Source: a virus (taxonomy: Duplodnaviria > Caudoviricetes). Taken from it: 51,912 nt of DNA. Numbering within the stretch: position 1 is the first letter of the stretch; every line of letters starts with the position of its first letter. Position numbers and translations under genes: made by a program. Positions 34,026-45,300 of the stretch are shown here, piece after piece. Below the pieces are notes generated by a model, which was given only the letters and a program-made list of their open reading frames with translations, was not told where the DNA came from and did no database searches. The stretch is taken from the IMG/VR virus record IMGVR_UViG_3300030104_000504, positions 1 through 51,912 of that record. One strand, 5' to 3'.

Positions 34026-34760
34026 CTATAATTTTCCTAAATTTATTACTACTGGACTACCTTCTCCAGGACCACTACCGTAGTGTCTTCCTAAAGTTCT
34101 CATCTGAGTATATATACTTCTTCCTGCTCTTCTAGCATCTTTTAAATAATCCATAAAAGTTCCATCTACAGCATCATTATAGTTAAACCTATCAGTAACA
34201 ATAGTTTCCCCTTTAGGATTTTCTGTTATAGCTCCTTGACCTATAAAAGTTTTCATTGAATAAGCTGGATCTGTTAATTTACCTAATAAACTAACATTGC
34301 TCATCTGCCCACCAACATCTTTATATTTATTTGCTTCAGTCTCAGTTCCATAATCTACATACTCTATTACATTAGAGCCTCTTTTTTTAGCAGAAGCTAC
34401 AGAATTTTTAAGAGCTTGAATTTCGTTTTTACGAATATCTTTTTCAGTAATAACTTTTTGACCACCAGAAAGATCATACAAAAATTGTTTTATATTAGTA
34501 GGAACTAACATATTGTATGCTTGAACAGCAGGAACAGGTGATTTTTTTCCTGTCATAAACTTTTTTGCTTCAGTCATTGCTTTTGAAACTTGCTCTGGTA
34601 AGGGTAATTTACTATCAGGTAGTTTTAATTCTTGCCCAATAAATATTTTTCTTTTGTTTTTTATATTATTTGCTTTAGCAAGTTGCTCCATATCCACTTT
34701 TAATTTCTGAGCTATTTCGCTTAGAGTATCTCCTTTTTGAATTACATATTTTCTACCCAT
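34026..34760 (-). CDS. LysM-domain protein
   Basis: N-terminal YVIQKGDTLSEIA...LAKANNI....IFIGQELKLP. Confidence 0.85.
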   Translation of the reverse strand: MGRKYVIQKGDTLSEIAQKLKVDMEQLAKANNIKNKRKIFIGQELKLPDSKLPLPEQVSKAMTEAKKFMTGKKSPVPAVQAYNMLVPTNIKQFLYDLSGGQKVITEKDIRKNEIQALKNSVASAKKRGSNVIEYVDYGTETEANKYKDVGGQMSNVSLLGKLTDPAYSMKTFIGQGAITENPKGETIVTDRFNYNDAVDGTFMDYLKDARRAGRSIYTQMRTLGRHYGSGPGEGSPVVINLGKL

Positions 34761-37700
34761 TACTTACTTTCCTATCTTGTAAAACATTTAAAACTTTACC
34801 ACCATGTCCAAATCCTAAACGCCTTAAAGGATCTACACCTCCTCCTTTACCAAATCCCATTCTTCGTAGAGGGTCTTCTTCATCTACAAAAGCTGTACCT
34901 GCCTGTTGATCATAAGGCATACCTGTCATTTTATCTATACGTTCATCAGGTTCTGATGCCGCTCGTTCTATATCTACTTCACCACCCTTTTTAAACTGTA
35001 ATACTTCTTCTTCTGTTGTTTCAGGCTCATCGTAGAATAAATCTTTACCTGTAACTCCTTTAATTCCTTTTAGAGCTTGTTTACCTAAAGGAAGAATTCC
35101 ACTTTCAATAACTTCTTTTGTTGCTCCTTCCCAATCGCCAGCTTTTGCATCAAGTCCTGCTTTAACAAGACCAGTACCCATTTCTTCTACAAAAGCTAGA
35201 GCAGGGGCTACAGATTCAGCAGCGTCAAACCTAGGTCTACCGTCTATTAGTCCAGTGTTATACTTAACAATAGAAGATATAGATTCTACAAACCAAGGGG
35301 CATAAGTAGCTGTTCTTTGTAGACCATCTGCAACGTCTTTAACAAAATCATTTCCTTCTGTTTGTTGTGGTCTATCGTAATAAAAATCATCATTACCAGC
35401 CCACTGTCTAAACTGTTCCCATCCAATTAACACAGGAGTAACTGCTGCCATCCTAACAAGTGTTGCTGTATCTCCATTTTCTATTCTTTTAGTTAACGCA
35501 TTTACTTCAGCAGATTTTGCTTGCGCCCAAGATAAAAATTGACCCATAGCCCTAACAGGGCTGTTGTTTGTTTGTGTAAATAAAAGCCTGTTACCTACGT
35601 TAGGAACTATAACATCTCTCTCAGCTACTTTTCTACCTGCAATATCTAAAACACTTCTAGCATTTTTTTCATCAAAAGCTTCTTCAATAGTAGAGTATCT
35701 AGCTATTTTTCTTAAATCATTTACATTTAATCCCATGTCTTCTAATTCGGTAATTATTACCTTACTAAGTTTTTTATTACCTCTAAATTTTTTAGCCATG
35801 TCAAATGCTCTGTTTACTCCTACATCATAAGCAAACTTTCTTGATACGTTATTTAATGTTTTTAGACCAACAAATTGGAAAAATCTTTTGTTTACCCAAT
35901 CAGAAGCTCTTGTAGCAAGCCGTTGATCGCTTACAGGTCTAGACTTTAATAAAGTATCTAGTTCTCTTTCAAAACTTTTATCGTATTGGAAGTGGCTCAT
36001 CTTAGCAAAACTTTTACCTGTACCCTTTTGAAGTAGTGTTTTAGCTGATGCTCCAAAACCACTTTTATAAAAAGGCTGTGCTAAATCAGCTACGTTAGCA
36101 AGAGTAACCAAGCCTAAGTAAGTTGTGTTTGCTAAAGAAGTTAATACCCTAGTAGAATCTTCTAAAACGCTTCTTGATCCATAACCACCCCAATAAGCTT
36201 CTATAGAGTTTGTTAATTGTCTAGTATATTTTTCTCCAGCAAAAGATTCTCCACCCATAGCTTTTTTACCTTTGAATGCAGACTTAATACCTTTTAAAGC
36301 TAAATTAATTACCTCACCATTAGGGCCAAACATATCAGCAAATTCAAAAACTTTTAAAGATGAAGAGCCGTAATCTTGAATTACATCACGAGCATTTAAA
36401 TTTATTCTACCTTTAGATGCTAAATATTCCAGTGCTTCTGGATCAGTTAGTTTTCTTTCAAATTCAAAAAAATCAGCAGCCCTTCTAAAAGAAGTAGCTC
36501 TTCCTTCTTTATTATATTTAAAAGGACTTGCTCCTGATGAGCTAGAAACATACTTACCTGCTTTACTATTACTTAAATCTAGTACTTGATTAGCATATTG
36601 AGTAGCATTTAATTTTGCGTCAGGATTATTTTTATTATGTATAGCGACTGCTTCCATTAAATCATCTTTATGCTCTGCTATTTCTTTAGCATTTCTAGAC
36701 TTAGAAAAGTCATGCCTAACCGACATACCATAAAAATCTATTTCTTCGTATTTAATACCAGAAGCACCTGCTCTAGTTTTCATTTGTTCTTGAGCAGTTT
36801 TTAATAAAGGAACAATTCTTTTTACTTCATCAACTTGTTCTTGTGTAATACCTTTTAAAGTGTCATTTAATCCTTTATAACCAGGAACAAGACTTCCTTT
36901 AGGAATAAAACCGTACATAGCTTCGCCTACTATTTCCATAAGATCATCATCTTTACCAGAGTCTTTTAGAATCCCATTAATTTTACCAATCCATTCAGAT
37001 TGCGCTCTTAATGTACGTGCTTCTACAGAATCTGTATTCTGACCAAACCTAGAAAAAGTCAAATTACCGATTACTTTATTCCAACCACCATATGAATCTA
37101 ATCTTGTTGCCGTAGTTGTGCCAAATAAAGTTTTTAAATTTCTAGTGTTATAATTAAAACCAGCTTCGTTTATAGCCATCTTAGCAGTATCTTTATTAAT
37201 ACTTGTTATTGCATCTGAAGCATCTATTCTTTTCCAAGCAGCCCCTAAGCCAGCACCAATAGCCATAGAAACATATAAAGTCTCTACATCTTGTGCGTCT
37301 TCTCTAAAACCAGCACCGTGTATAAATCCACCTGTAGCACCTATCAAAGGTTTAGTTGCTTCACTCATAATTGCTCTAGCAGCTTTAGTAGAAAAACTTT
37401 CATTTTCTGCTAACAATTCTAATGCTCTAATGTTTACTTCATTTTTTTGATCTATAAGACCTATAGTTTCTTGTTTTATTTTTTTATTTAAAGCAGTTTG
37501 TTTTGAAGATAAAGATGATCTTTTAGCTTTTAAATCTGTTAAAGCAACTTCATCTTTAGTTTCTTTTATAAGTTTATTTAACTCTGCTCTTTCTTTTTTT
37601 ATAGCTTCTGTAGCAGCTAAGTATTCAGGAAGAAAAGAATTTTTAGCTCCTACTTCAGCAGCATTAAAACCTACTTCATCAGCAGCAGTATTAACTGCAT

Positions 37701-38466
37701 CCTCAACAGGTTTAGCTGTAGAAGCGTCTATAGTGACATTTGTTTTTGCTGCATCTTCAGGCTCTACATCTTTTAAAGCATTAGCAACAGTTCGTTTTCT
37801 CTGTACAAAATTAATTCCTTGTTGCACTCCTAAACCAAGAACACTTGAAGCACCACCTACTGTAGCAGCTATTCCTAAACTAGTAGGGCTAACTTCTCCA
37901 TATACAACTTTTTCTCTCAAAGCAGTATCACCTACAGAAACTCCTGCTCCTAAAGCAGCGGTTTTAGCAACTCTTGCTCCAACAGAACCAGCTTTAGCAA
38001 CCTTCAACCAAGGCATTGCAAAAGTAACAGGGTCAGCTACAGCAACCCCAAGTCTACCAGATAAAATAGCTAGATCTTCTTCAGACTCTTTTAAGTTAGC
38101 TAATAAAGGAAACTGCTCATCAATCTCTGCTTGACGTTCTTTTTCCATTTCATCTAAAGTTTCTGACCAAGATTTATCAGATGTTCCAGCTAGAACAGCA
38201 GCTTTTGCCATTCTAAAAATATTACCACCTATAGTAGTTTCTTGTGCTGCACCATAAGAAGCTTTAGTCGCATAGTCTATATCGTCTAAATCTATTTCTT
38301 CTTTCTCATCTTCTTCATCATCATAATAGTCAAAGTACTGTTTAAAATCATGATCTGAATCTAAAGGAGCTGTTTCTTCTACTATAATTTCATCTTCAGA
38401 AGAAACATCCTCATCATCATAATAATCAAAGTACTGTCTAAAATCATGTTGTGAGTAATCAGTCAT
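34753..38466 (-). CDS. Large internal virion (ejection) protein, 1237 aa
   Basis: Size, helical Ala/Gly-rich composition, last of internal-protein cluster; no catalytic motif recognised. Confidence 0.7.
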   Translation of the reverse strand: MTDYSQHDFRQYFDYYDDEDVSSEDEIIVEETAPLDSDHDFKQYFDYYDDEEDEKEEIDLDDIDYATKASYGAAQETTIGGNIFRMAKAAVLAGTSDKSWSETLDEMEKERQAEIDEQFPLLANLKESEEDLAILSGRLGVAVADPVTFAMPWLKVAKAGSVGARVAKTAALGAGVSVGDTALREKVVYGEVSPTSLGIAATVGGASSVLGLGVQQGINFVQRKRTVANALKDVEPEDAAKTNVTIDASTAKPVEDAVNTAADEVGFNAAEVGAKNSFLPEYLAATEAIKKERAELNKLIKETKDEVALTDLKAKRSSLSSKQTALNKKIKQETIGLIDQKNEVNIRALELLAENESFSTKAARAIMSEATKPLIGATGGFIHGAGFREDAQDVETLYVSMAIGAGLGAAWKRIDASDAITSINKDTAKMAINEAGFNYNTRNLKTLFGTTTATRLDSYGGWNKVIGNLTFSRFGQNTDSVEARTLRAQSEWIGKINGILKDSGKDDDLMEIVGEAMYGFIPKGSLVPGYKGLNDTLKGITQEQVDEVKRIVPLLKTAQEQMKTRAGASGIKYEEIDFYGMSVRHDFSKSRNAKEIAEHKDDLMEAVAIHNKNNPDAKLNATQYANQVLDLSNSKAGKYVSSSSGASPFKYNKEGRATSFRRAADFFEFERKLTDPEALEYLASKGRINLNARDVIQDYGSSSLKVFEFADMFGPNGEVINLALKGIKSAFKGKKAMGGESFAGEKYTRQLTNSIEAYWGGYGSRSVLEDSTRVLTSLANTTYLGLVTLANVADLAQPFYKSGFGASAKTLLQKGTGKSFAKMSHFQYDKSFERELDTLLKSRPVSDQRLATRASDWVNKRFFQFVGLKTLNNVSRKFAYDVGVNRAFDMAKKFRGNKKLSKVIITELEDMGLNVNDLRKIARYSTIEEAFDEKNARSVLDIAGRKVAERDVIVPNVGNRLLFTQTNNSPVRAMGQFLSWAQAKSAEVNALTKRIENGDTATLVRMAAVTPVLIGWEQFRQWAGNDDFYYDRPQQTEGNDFVKDVADGLQRTATYAPWFVESISSIVKYNTGLIDGRPRFDAAESVAPALAFVEEMGTGLVKAGLDAKAGDWEGATKEVIESGILPLGKQALKGIKGVTGKDLFYDEPETTEEEVLQFKKGGEVDIERAASEPDERIDKMTGMPYDQQAGTAFVDEEDPLRRMGFGKGGGVDPLRRLGFGHGGKVLNVLQDRKVSNG
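38315..38448. repeat. 38-bp intragenic direct repeat (HDFxQYFDYYDDE twice)
   Basis: 38315..38352 versus 38411..38448, 36/38 identical. Confidence 0.9.
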
Positions 38467-38478
38467 TTATAATAAATC

Positions 38479-40752
38479 CTATGCGGTTAAATATTTAAGA
38501 ACTAAATTAACTAATTCAGGACTGTTACCCTTTATTAAATTAGTTTTTATTTTATTTAAAGTATTTTTATCTGCTTTAAAGCCTCTTACAGATTTAAAAG
38601 CATTAGCTATTTGCCTAGCTTGTTGATTAATAATATCAGAATCTATTTTTAAACTTTCTTCTTCTGAAAGTTCTGCTACTTCACTTGGTCTTTCAAAGAA
38701 AGAAGTTTCTCTAGGAGTATCTAAAGTACGAGGATTTTTTCCTCTTTCTACAAATTCTCGCCTTCCTGTTATTCTTATGCTTTCTTTTTCTTCTGGTTCA
38801 GTTTCTAAGTTTACTCTATTTCTAGATCGTCTAGCTATTGCCCCACGACTCAAAGGAGTAACAGTATCTTCTTCTTTATTTTCTTCTACAAAAGAACTTT
38901 TTCTAGGGCCTCTTCTTTTTACAGGTTTACTAAACTTTTCTCTTAAAGATTGTATTTTATCTAAATAAGATGGATCTAAAGTTGTTTTTCCTGACTCTTC
39001 AAAAGCACTTTGTCCTTGATTTATAATACCATCTAAAATAGTATTGATTTGCTTTCTTTTCTCTTTATCGGTTAAAGTTAAACTAGTAAATATATTTTCT
39101 AACTGCTTTTCTACTCTAACAGAATTAAAACCAGGATTAAAAACTCCTTCGCTATCTTGCTCTTTATTATCTTCAGTAACATAGCCATCCTTTAAACCTT
39201 GTTGTTGAAATCTTGTCCTTTCACTTTGATCTATAAAACTATTTTTTATAAATGATCTTAATTTATTTTCAGGATCAGCAATAATACCAGACATAACGCT
39301 CTTAGGTTCTCCAGAAATAGCATTTAAAGTTTCTCTAAACCAGCTTTTCTGAGGCATATCTCTTACTTCTGTTGCTAAAAACTCTCCACCCTCTTCACTA
39401 GGTTTCAGCATCATAGAAACATACTCATCTGCCATTGATCTAATTCCTGCTGAAGTTAATTGTTCATTAGCTATAGTATAATTATCTTCTGTCTTTAGCT
39501 CACTAATAACATCTAAAAGTTCTTGATTAAATCTTTCATATGCATTGGCTATAAAAATTCTAGAAGATTCAGTAATCTCATTACGTTTTTTAGTATCCGT
39601 TACTTCACTAAATGTTTCCAACCTACCATCAGCCTGTGTAAGTTGATCTCGTATATATCTAAACGTCTTCTCATTACGTCCTCTACCAGACCAATTTATA
39701 GCTGCTTTTTTAGTATCTGATATTCCTTTTGCTTCATTCAATACTGATACTCTAACAGTTCTATTATTAATTGGTATATTTTTCTTTTTCATATCCTCTA
39801 TAATTCTTTGCACTTCAGGATCGTTCTGTGCTGCTTGTTGAGTAACGGCTTGTTCTACGGCTTGTTCTCTAAGCCTAGCCTCTTCACCAGTTAATAACTT
39901 AAAAGCATCTTCATTTTCAGCTTCAAACCGTACCATTATATTGTTTAAATTTTCAACAGGAGATACACCAGTTATATCTGAAGCATTTTTAACTAACTCT
40001 TTTAATTTTTTGTTAAAATCTCCATCTTTATCCATTAAAAGTCTATAATAGTCAGTATCCCTTAAAGTATTATCTCCTCCTGTAGCCATAAAATCCATAG
40101 CAGGAAACACTACATCGTCATCATAGTTTCCTCGTGTAGCAAAAGTAAATAATCTTTTAGCAAATCTTCGTGCTTTTCCTTTACCTATGTCTGTTTCTTT
40201 ATACCTTCTCATAAGTTCTTTGTCAGTTAAACCGTCAGCATATTCTAAAGTACTTATAGCATCATCCATTTCTTTTGCTTGTGTGTTAGCATCTTTTATT
40301 TCATCGTCTGAAGGTTTATATATAGGTTCTCCCATAATAGCTTTGTAATTAGGAATGTGTCCGTACTGAGCTTCAATTTTATCTAAATACCCCTGCCTTT
40401 TAAGATTTAAAATACTATCTGGAAGAGAAGTACCTTTACCTTGTTTCATTAAAAGAGTTCGTTGCTCTTTTAAATTTTCTAAAGGTTTTCTTAAATTATT
40501 TAATCTTGATTGAAATGAAGCTCCTTCTTGTCTTTGAAAAAAATCTTTAGCTTTATTCCCAAGCAACATGTCTCCTGCAAAACTAACAACGCCTTGCCCT
40601 GCTTGTTGCGCTATAGGAGCAGCAAAAGCATATAAAAGCTGCTGGCGCATAGCTCTTTTTCTATTTTCATTTTGCTCGTCTTCATTCATTTGAGCAGTCT
40701 GTACAAAAGAACTGCCAAGTAAAGAAGCTATATCACCTAAATCTTCTGCCAT
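38479..40752 (-). CDS. Putative internal virion protein, 757 aa
   Basis: Helical, charged; synteny. Confidence 0.6.
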   Translation of the reverse strand: MAEDLGDIASLLGSSFVQTAQMNEDEQNENRKRAMRQQLLYAFAAPIAQQAGQGVVSFAGDMLLGNKAKDFFQRQEGASFQSRLNNLRKPLENLKEQRTLLMKQGKGTSLPDSILNLKRQGYLDKIEAQYGHIPNYKAIMGEPIYKPSDDEIKDANTQAKEMDDAISTLEYADGLTDKELMRRYKETDIGKGKARRFAKRLFTFATRGNYDDDVVFPAMDFMATGGDNTLRDTDYYRLLMDKDGDFNKKLKELVKNASDITGVSPVENLNNIMVRFEAENEDAFKLLTGEEARLREQAVEQAVTQQAAQNDPEVQRIIEDMKKKNIPINNRTVRVSVLNEAKGISDTKKAAINWSGRGRNEKTFRYIRDQLTQADGRLETFSEVTDTKKRNEITESSRIFIANAYERFNQELLDVISELKTEDNYTIANEQLTSAGIRSMADEYVSMMLKPSEEGGEFLATEVRDMPQKSWFRETLNAISGEPKSVMSGIIADPENKLRSFIKNSFIDQSERTRFQQQGLKDGYVTEDNKEQDSEGVFNPGFNSVRVEKQLENIFTSLTLTDKEKRKQINTILDGIINQGQSAFEESGKTTLDPSYLDKIQSLREKFSKPVKRRGPRKSSFVEENKEEDTVTPLSRGAIARRSRNRVNLETEPEEKESIRITGRREFVERGKNPRTLDTPRETSFFERPSEVAELSEEESLKIDSDIINQQARQIANAFKSVRGFKADKNTLNKIKTNLIKGNSPELVNLVLKYLTA

Positions 40753-40756
40753 TCTA

Positions 40757-41272
40757 TTACTCCCTTGCTAGTAAAGATGATTGAATTTGATTATCAATCT
40801 CTTCTGGAAACTCTTCACCCTTCTGAGGTTCTTCTATTGTCTGTAAAGCTGATCCAAGTTGATCAGTTCTAGGCTCACCCTCTTCATCCATAATAACTAC
40901 ATCAATCATTTGCCTTTCTGCTAAAGCAATTAGCATGTAAGCAAGAGGCTCTGCTAGTAACAACATTAAGTCAGGATTAAATAGTCCCTCTTGAAAACCT
41001 TGCTGTAAGAATATTTCTACTAAAGACATTACAGGAACACCGTCTTCTAAAAGATCCATAAGATCTTCAAATAGTTCTTCTTCTGTAAACTTATTAAAAA
41101 AGTATTCAAGAGCATCATTCATGTCTGTAAATCTAGGTTGACCTTCCCAAGGCCAAGGCTGTTCAGGATCGTTAGTAAGCGACTGACCTGGAATAGGTCT
41201 TCTTATTTCTAACGCTTTTTGCCTTGCGTACTCTTCAATATCTTCTTCTGGTTCTAAAGCTACTTCTGCCAT
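40757..41272 (-). CDS. Acidic protein in ejection module (171 aa)
   Basis: RPIPGQSLT...WPWE..P, FNPDLMLLL. Confidence 0.7.
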   Translation of the reverse strand: MAEVALEPEEDIEEYARQKALEIRRPIPGQSLTNDPEQPWPWEGQPRFTDMNDALEYFFNKFTEEELFEDLMDLLEDGVPVMSLVEIFLQQGFQEGLFNPDLMLLLAEPLAYMLIALAERQMIDVVIMDEEGEPRTDQLGSALQTIEEPQKGEEFPEEIDNQIQSSLLARE

Positions 41273-41275
41273 GTC

Positions 41276-42349
41276 TTATGCTCCTAACATAGTAGGTGAT
41301 GAAAATGCTGATACGGATCTATCAATCCATTTATTATAGTTTTGACTTCCTCCATATCCTAAACCACTTTGATTACCCATTGTACTCATGTTTATGTAAC
41401 TAGCGTATGTTTCTTGTCCTGTAACATCTGCACCGCCTTGATCAACTGCAACTATAGGAGTAAGACCTGTTGATAATAAAGACTGATCTGATTGGAATTG
41501 AGGAGTATAACCTCTTTGTGAAGCGTATGTTTCATACTCAGGGCCTAAACCTACTGCATCTAAAGCAGCAGTAGATGCTACATTGGTTACTCCTTTTGCC
41601 GTACCTGTAGCAAAACCCTCAACTAAATTAGTAGGTTTAAAAGGATCTTTAAGTCTATCAGGTATAAAATCTAACAAACTTCTTTTTTCAGCTACAGCTC
41701 CTACAGGAGAACTAGGTAAATCTAAATTATTATCTAAAAAGCTAAGAGGATCTTTAACATCTACTGGAGATTGATTAGGGTTAATTGTTTTTTCTTGACC
41801 TAAAAAATCTGTTTCAGTAGTAGTTGGTTTTATTCTTGTAGCTCCAAAAGCTCTATCAGTAAAAGCACTTACATCATTTGAAAGTAAATCTCTACCAATA
41901 TCTGCAAACCCTGCAACATTGTTAGAAATATTTGTAGCTGTCTGTCCTATAACACCATCAGCCCCTAAGAATGTAGTTGGTGCGCCTTGAAACACGGCTT
42001 GCTTACCAAACAAACCTGCTGTTTTATTTGTTAAGAATTTAGTAGTGTTACTAAGGAAAGTACTTATACCGTCAGTAATGGTAGTAAAAGGTTTTGCAAC
42101 TAACCTAGTAAAGTTACCTGCTGCACCTAAAACAGTTTGGGCTGCTTGACCTACTCTACCTAGTGTTCCTAATCCTTTTAAAACACTTCCAAAGGTACTC
42201 ATCATAGCATTACCAATTCCAGGCATAATAAACATCATAGCAATCTGGCCTACTATACCAAGTTTACCCATGAACTTACCAAACTTTTTAAAGCCCTTCT
42301 TTATGCCCTTACCAATTTTCTTAAAGAATTTACCTATTTTTTTAAACAT
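41276..42349 (-). CDS. Putative ejection/pilot protein with amphipathic N-terminus
   Basis: MFKKIGKFFKKIGKGIKKGFKKFGKF then Gly-rich hydrophobic stretch. Confidence 0.65.
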   Translation of the reverse strand: MFKKIGKFFKKIGKGIKKGFKKFGKFMGKLGIVGQIAMMFIMPGIGNAMMSTFGSVLKGLGTLGRVGQAAQTVLGAAGNFTRLVAKPFTTITDGISTFLSNTTKFLTNKTAGLFGKQAVFQGAPTTFLGADGVIGQTATNISNNVAGFADIGRDLLSNDVSAFTDRAFGATRIKPTTTETDFLGQEKTINPNQSPVDVKDPLSFLDNNLDLPSSPVGAVAEKRSLLDFIPDRLKDPFKPTNLVEGFATGTAKGVTNVASTAALDAVGLGPEYETYASQRGYTPQFQSDQSLLSTGLTPIVAVDQGGADVTGQETYASYINMSTMGNQSGLGYGGSQNYNKWIDRSVSAFSSPTMLGA

Positions 42350-42350
42350 T

Positions 42351-45300
42351 CTAAACCTCGGCTAATATTTTAGAAATCATGTTAAATATTTTAGTTCTTG
42401 CTTGACCTAAACTACTATCTGATTTAGCTTTAAGAAACGTATCATTTCCTAAAGCAGCATTAAGTAAGTTTAATGCCCTGTCTTTTGCGCTTTGAGAAGA
42501 TTGTTGATCAAACGCAGCTTGATCTCTCATTTCCTGCCACAAAGCGTTCTGTGCATTATTTGTTAGGTTAAATGCAAAACCTGCTCCTTGTTGGTTAGCT
42601 GCATTCTGAGCAGCAGTATCTATAGTATTAGCTTTTCTACGCCACTCTATATTAGACTGCTCTACTGCTTGTGCATTAGCAGCATTCCAAGCATCTGCTC
42701 GATACTGTAGCTCTTGATCAAACATATTTACTTTAGCACCCAACTCAGAATTAATAGAATCTACTTTTATTTGATTCTCTACATTTATAGCTTCAGCTTT
42801 ATTAGCTTCTGAAACATTAAACTGCTCCATAAGATTTTTCTGAGAAGAATTAAATCTATCTATTTCACTAGCTAAACCAGCATTAAACTGATCTACTTGC
42901 GTTTCACTTTTAGCATTAAACTGTAGTGCTGCATTTTTTGCTGCTTGATCAGAAAGTAATCTATCTTGTTCCATTCTCTGATCTAACATTATTGCTTGTT
43001 GTTCATTATTTAAGTTGGCTATGTCCATAGATAAAAAGTTCTGAGCATTAGCAATAGATGCTTTAGTTCTATTATCGGCATTTGCCATATCCATTTGAGC
43101 TTGTAAAGTAGCATTCTGTATTACAGTCTGTTGACGATTATCAAGATCTTTCATAGTCATGTTCTGCATAAACTTACTATTAGCAAGTTCTACTTGTTGA
43201 TCAGCATTGAACTTAGTTAAATCTACATTAGCAACCATCGCAGCGTTTTGTATTGCTCGTTGCTGATCTACATTAAGTTGAGCTACGCCCATTCTTTCAG
43301 CTATCTGCGCTTGTAACAAATTAGTTTGCATCCTGGTATTAAGATTAGCAAGTTCAGTTTGTTGTGCTGCATTTAGATTATCTGCACTAGCTTGATTCTG
43401 TGCAGTTAAATTAGCAAGTCTCATTTGTTGATCGTTAGAAAGATTGGCTAGTTCCATCTGCTGTTTAAATCCAGCATTCTTTGATAAGAAATCTGCTGCT
43501 ACATTCATCTCTGCTAAACGTCTTTGATTTTCAGCAGTCATGTTCTCACGCTCAGTTTCATTAGCAAATTGTAACTCAGCTAATTCTAATTGTTGTTCAT
43601 TACCTAAGTTTTGAGCATTAGTAGCCTGTTGCTGCTGTGCATTTAAAACAGCCGCTTGCTGTCTGTTAGCTAGGTTCTGAGTTCTAGTTTGCTGCTGCTG
43701 CTCTGCTGTAGTTAATATAGCTTGTTGAGTAAACTGACTTTGAAGTGTAGCCATTTGCTGTGCGTACTGAGCAGTCTGACTTGCAGCAGTTTGCCTATTA
43801 GACAGATTAGCCATACGTCTTTGCATGTCTTGAGTAGACTGTGCAAGATTAGCTTGTTGCTGATTAGATAAGTTTTGCGCTGCTCTAGATTGTAATGCTT
43901 GTGCATTGCTCTGTGCTATAGGTAAAGCACTCTGTATAATAGCGTTAAACAAAGCATCTCTTCCTACGCTAGAAGCAGATAAACCTCTTTGAGCCATCTG
44001 TTGTTCTATAGCTGCTACTGCTGGTCTAGCCCATGCAGGAGTATTACCATCATCCATACCTGCTAGTAGTGTTTCCATTTGAGATGATACTAAAGCTTCT
44101 GTAGGTAAAGCTGCAATAGCCGCTCGTACTTCTACAGGCTGTTCATCTATTTGGGCTTCTACTGTTGCGGGGTCTTCTACAACGGCTGCTGTTATTTCAG
44201 GAGGTAGTTCTCCAACTTCTGCTATCATAGAAGCCGCACCACCTCTTGCAGCCTCTCCTGTTACTGTACGTCTTTTAGCAGCTTCATATCCTACAGTATC
44301 TATAATCTGTGCTGCTTGTCCATCTTCAGCAGGTGTACCTGTAATAGCCTCTCTTGTTTTAGCTTCTGCTTCTTTAGTAGGTGCAACATTTACACCATCT
44401 CTAAAAGTTACTTCAGGAACGTAAGCACTTTTACCAGGCTCATCACTAATTTGAAAATCTGTTTTACTTGCTTTAGCAGCTTCTTCTTGAGCCGCATCTC
44501 TTTCAGCAGCTTCTGCTTCAGTAAGAGTAGCTTGACCAGCTTCAACTTCTTTTGATACCTCACCCTCTGCTGCTTCTGTCGGATCTACTGCACCTGCTGT
44601 AACAGCGTCATAAGTTTTTGCAGTAACTTGAGTAGCATCATCAGCAGTTTCAGCAGTACCAGATTCAGCAGTAATTACATCAGGATCATCAACTTTAGTA
44701 AAAGTTGTATCTTCTCTGTCTGCAACTGACTTAACATCAGTACTTATTCCTGCTTTAAGTTTTTCTGCATTTGTAGAATCTTCAGTAATAGAACCAACGT
44801 CTAAGGTTTCTACGTCTGCATCTTTTATCATATCGTCAGGAGTAGACCCTGTAGCTATATTTTCAGTTCTTTCTGCTGTAGCTTTCAGCCTTTCTTCTTT
44901 ATCTGTTAACTCTGCCACATCACCTCCTGAATCATCGTCACCATCATCGCCTCCAATATCTTTACCCTTTTTCCAAGCTGCTAAAGCTTCTTTATAAGCT
45001 TCCATTCCTGCTTTACCTGCGGGAAACATTCTTCTTTCAGGTCTAGAAATACCGTCCCAAACATCAACTTCAGGCTCTGCTAAATTAGATCTACTCTGCT
45101 CTCCAGCAGAAAAAGAAGAATTACTTGAACCGCCTGAACTAGGGCCAGTAAAGTTACCAGTTACACTTTGCACATTACCAACATTTTGTCTGACTATATC
45201 ATTACCTTGATTAGAAGTAATTTCATTATTTCCAGGTTCAGTTGCATTTTCAACTACTGGAGTATAATTTGCTTCAACATCTTCTGATGTTGTTCTTTCA

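Noticed and set aside
34753-38466. Virion RNA polymerase or lytic transglycosylase in the 1237-aa protein
   Set aside because: No DxDGD, T7-RNAP or transglycosylase motifs recognised by eye; a profile search could still find remote domains.
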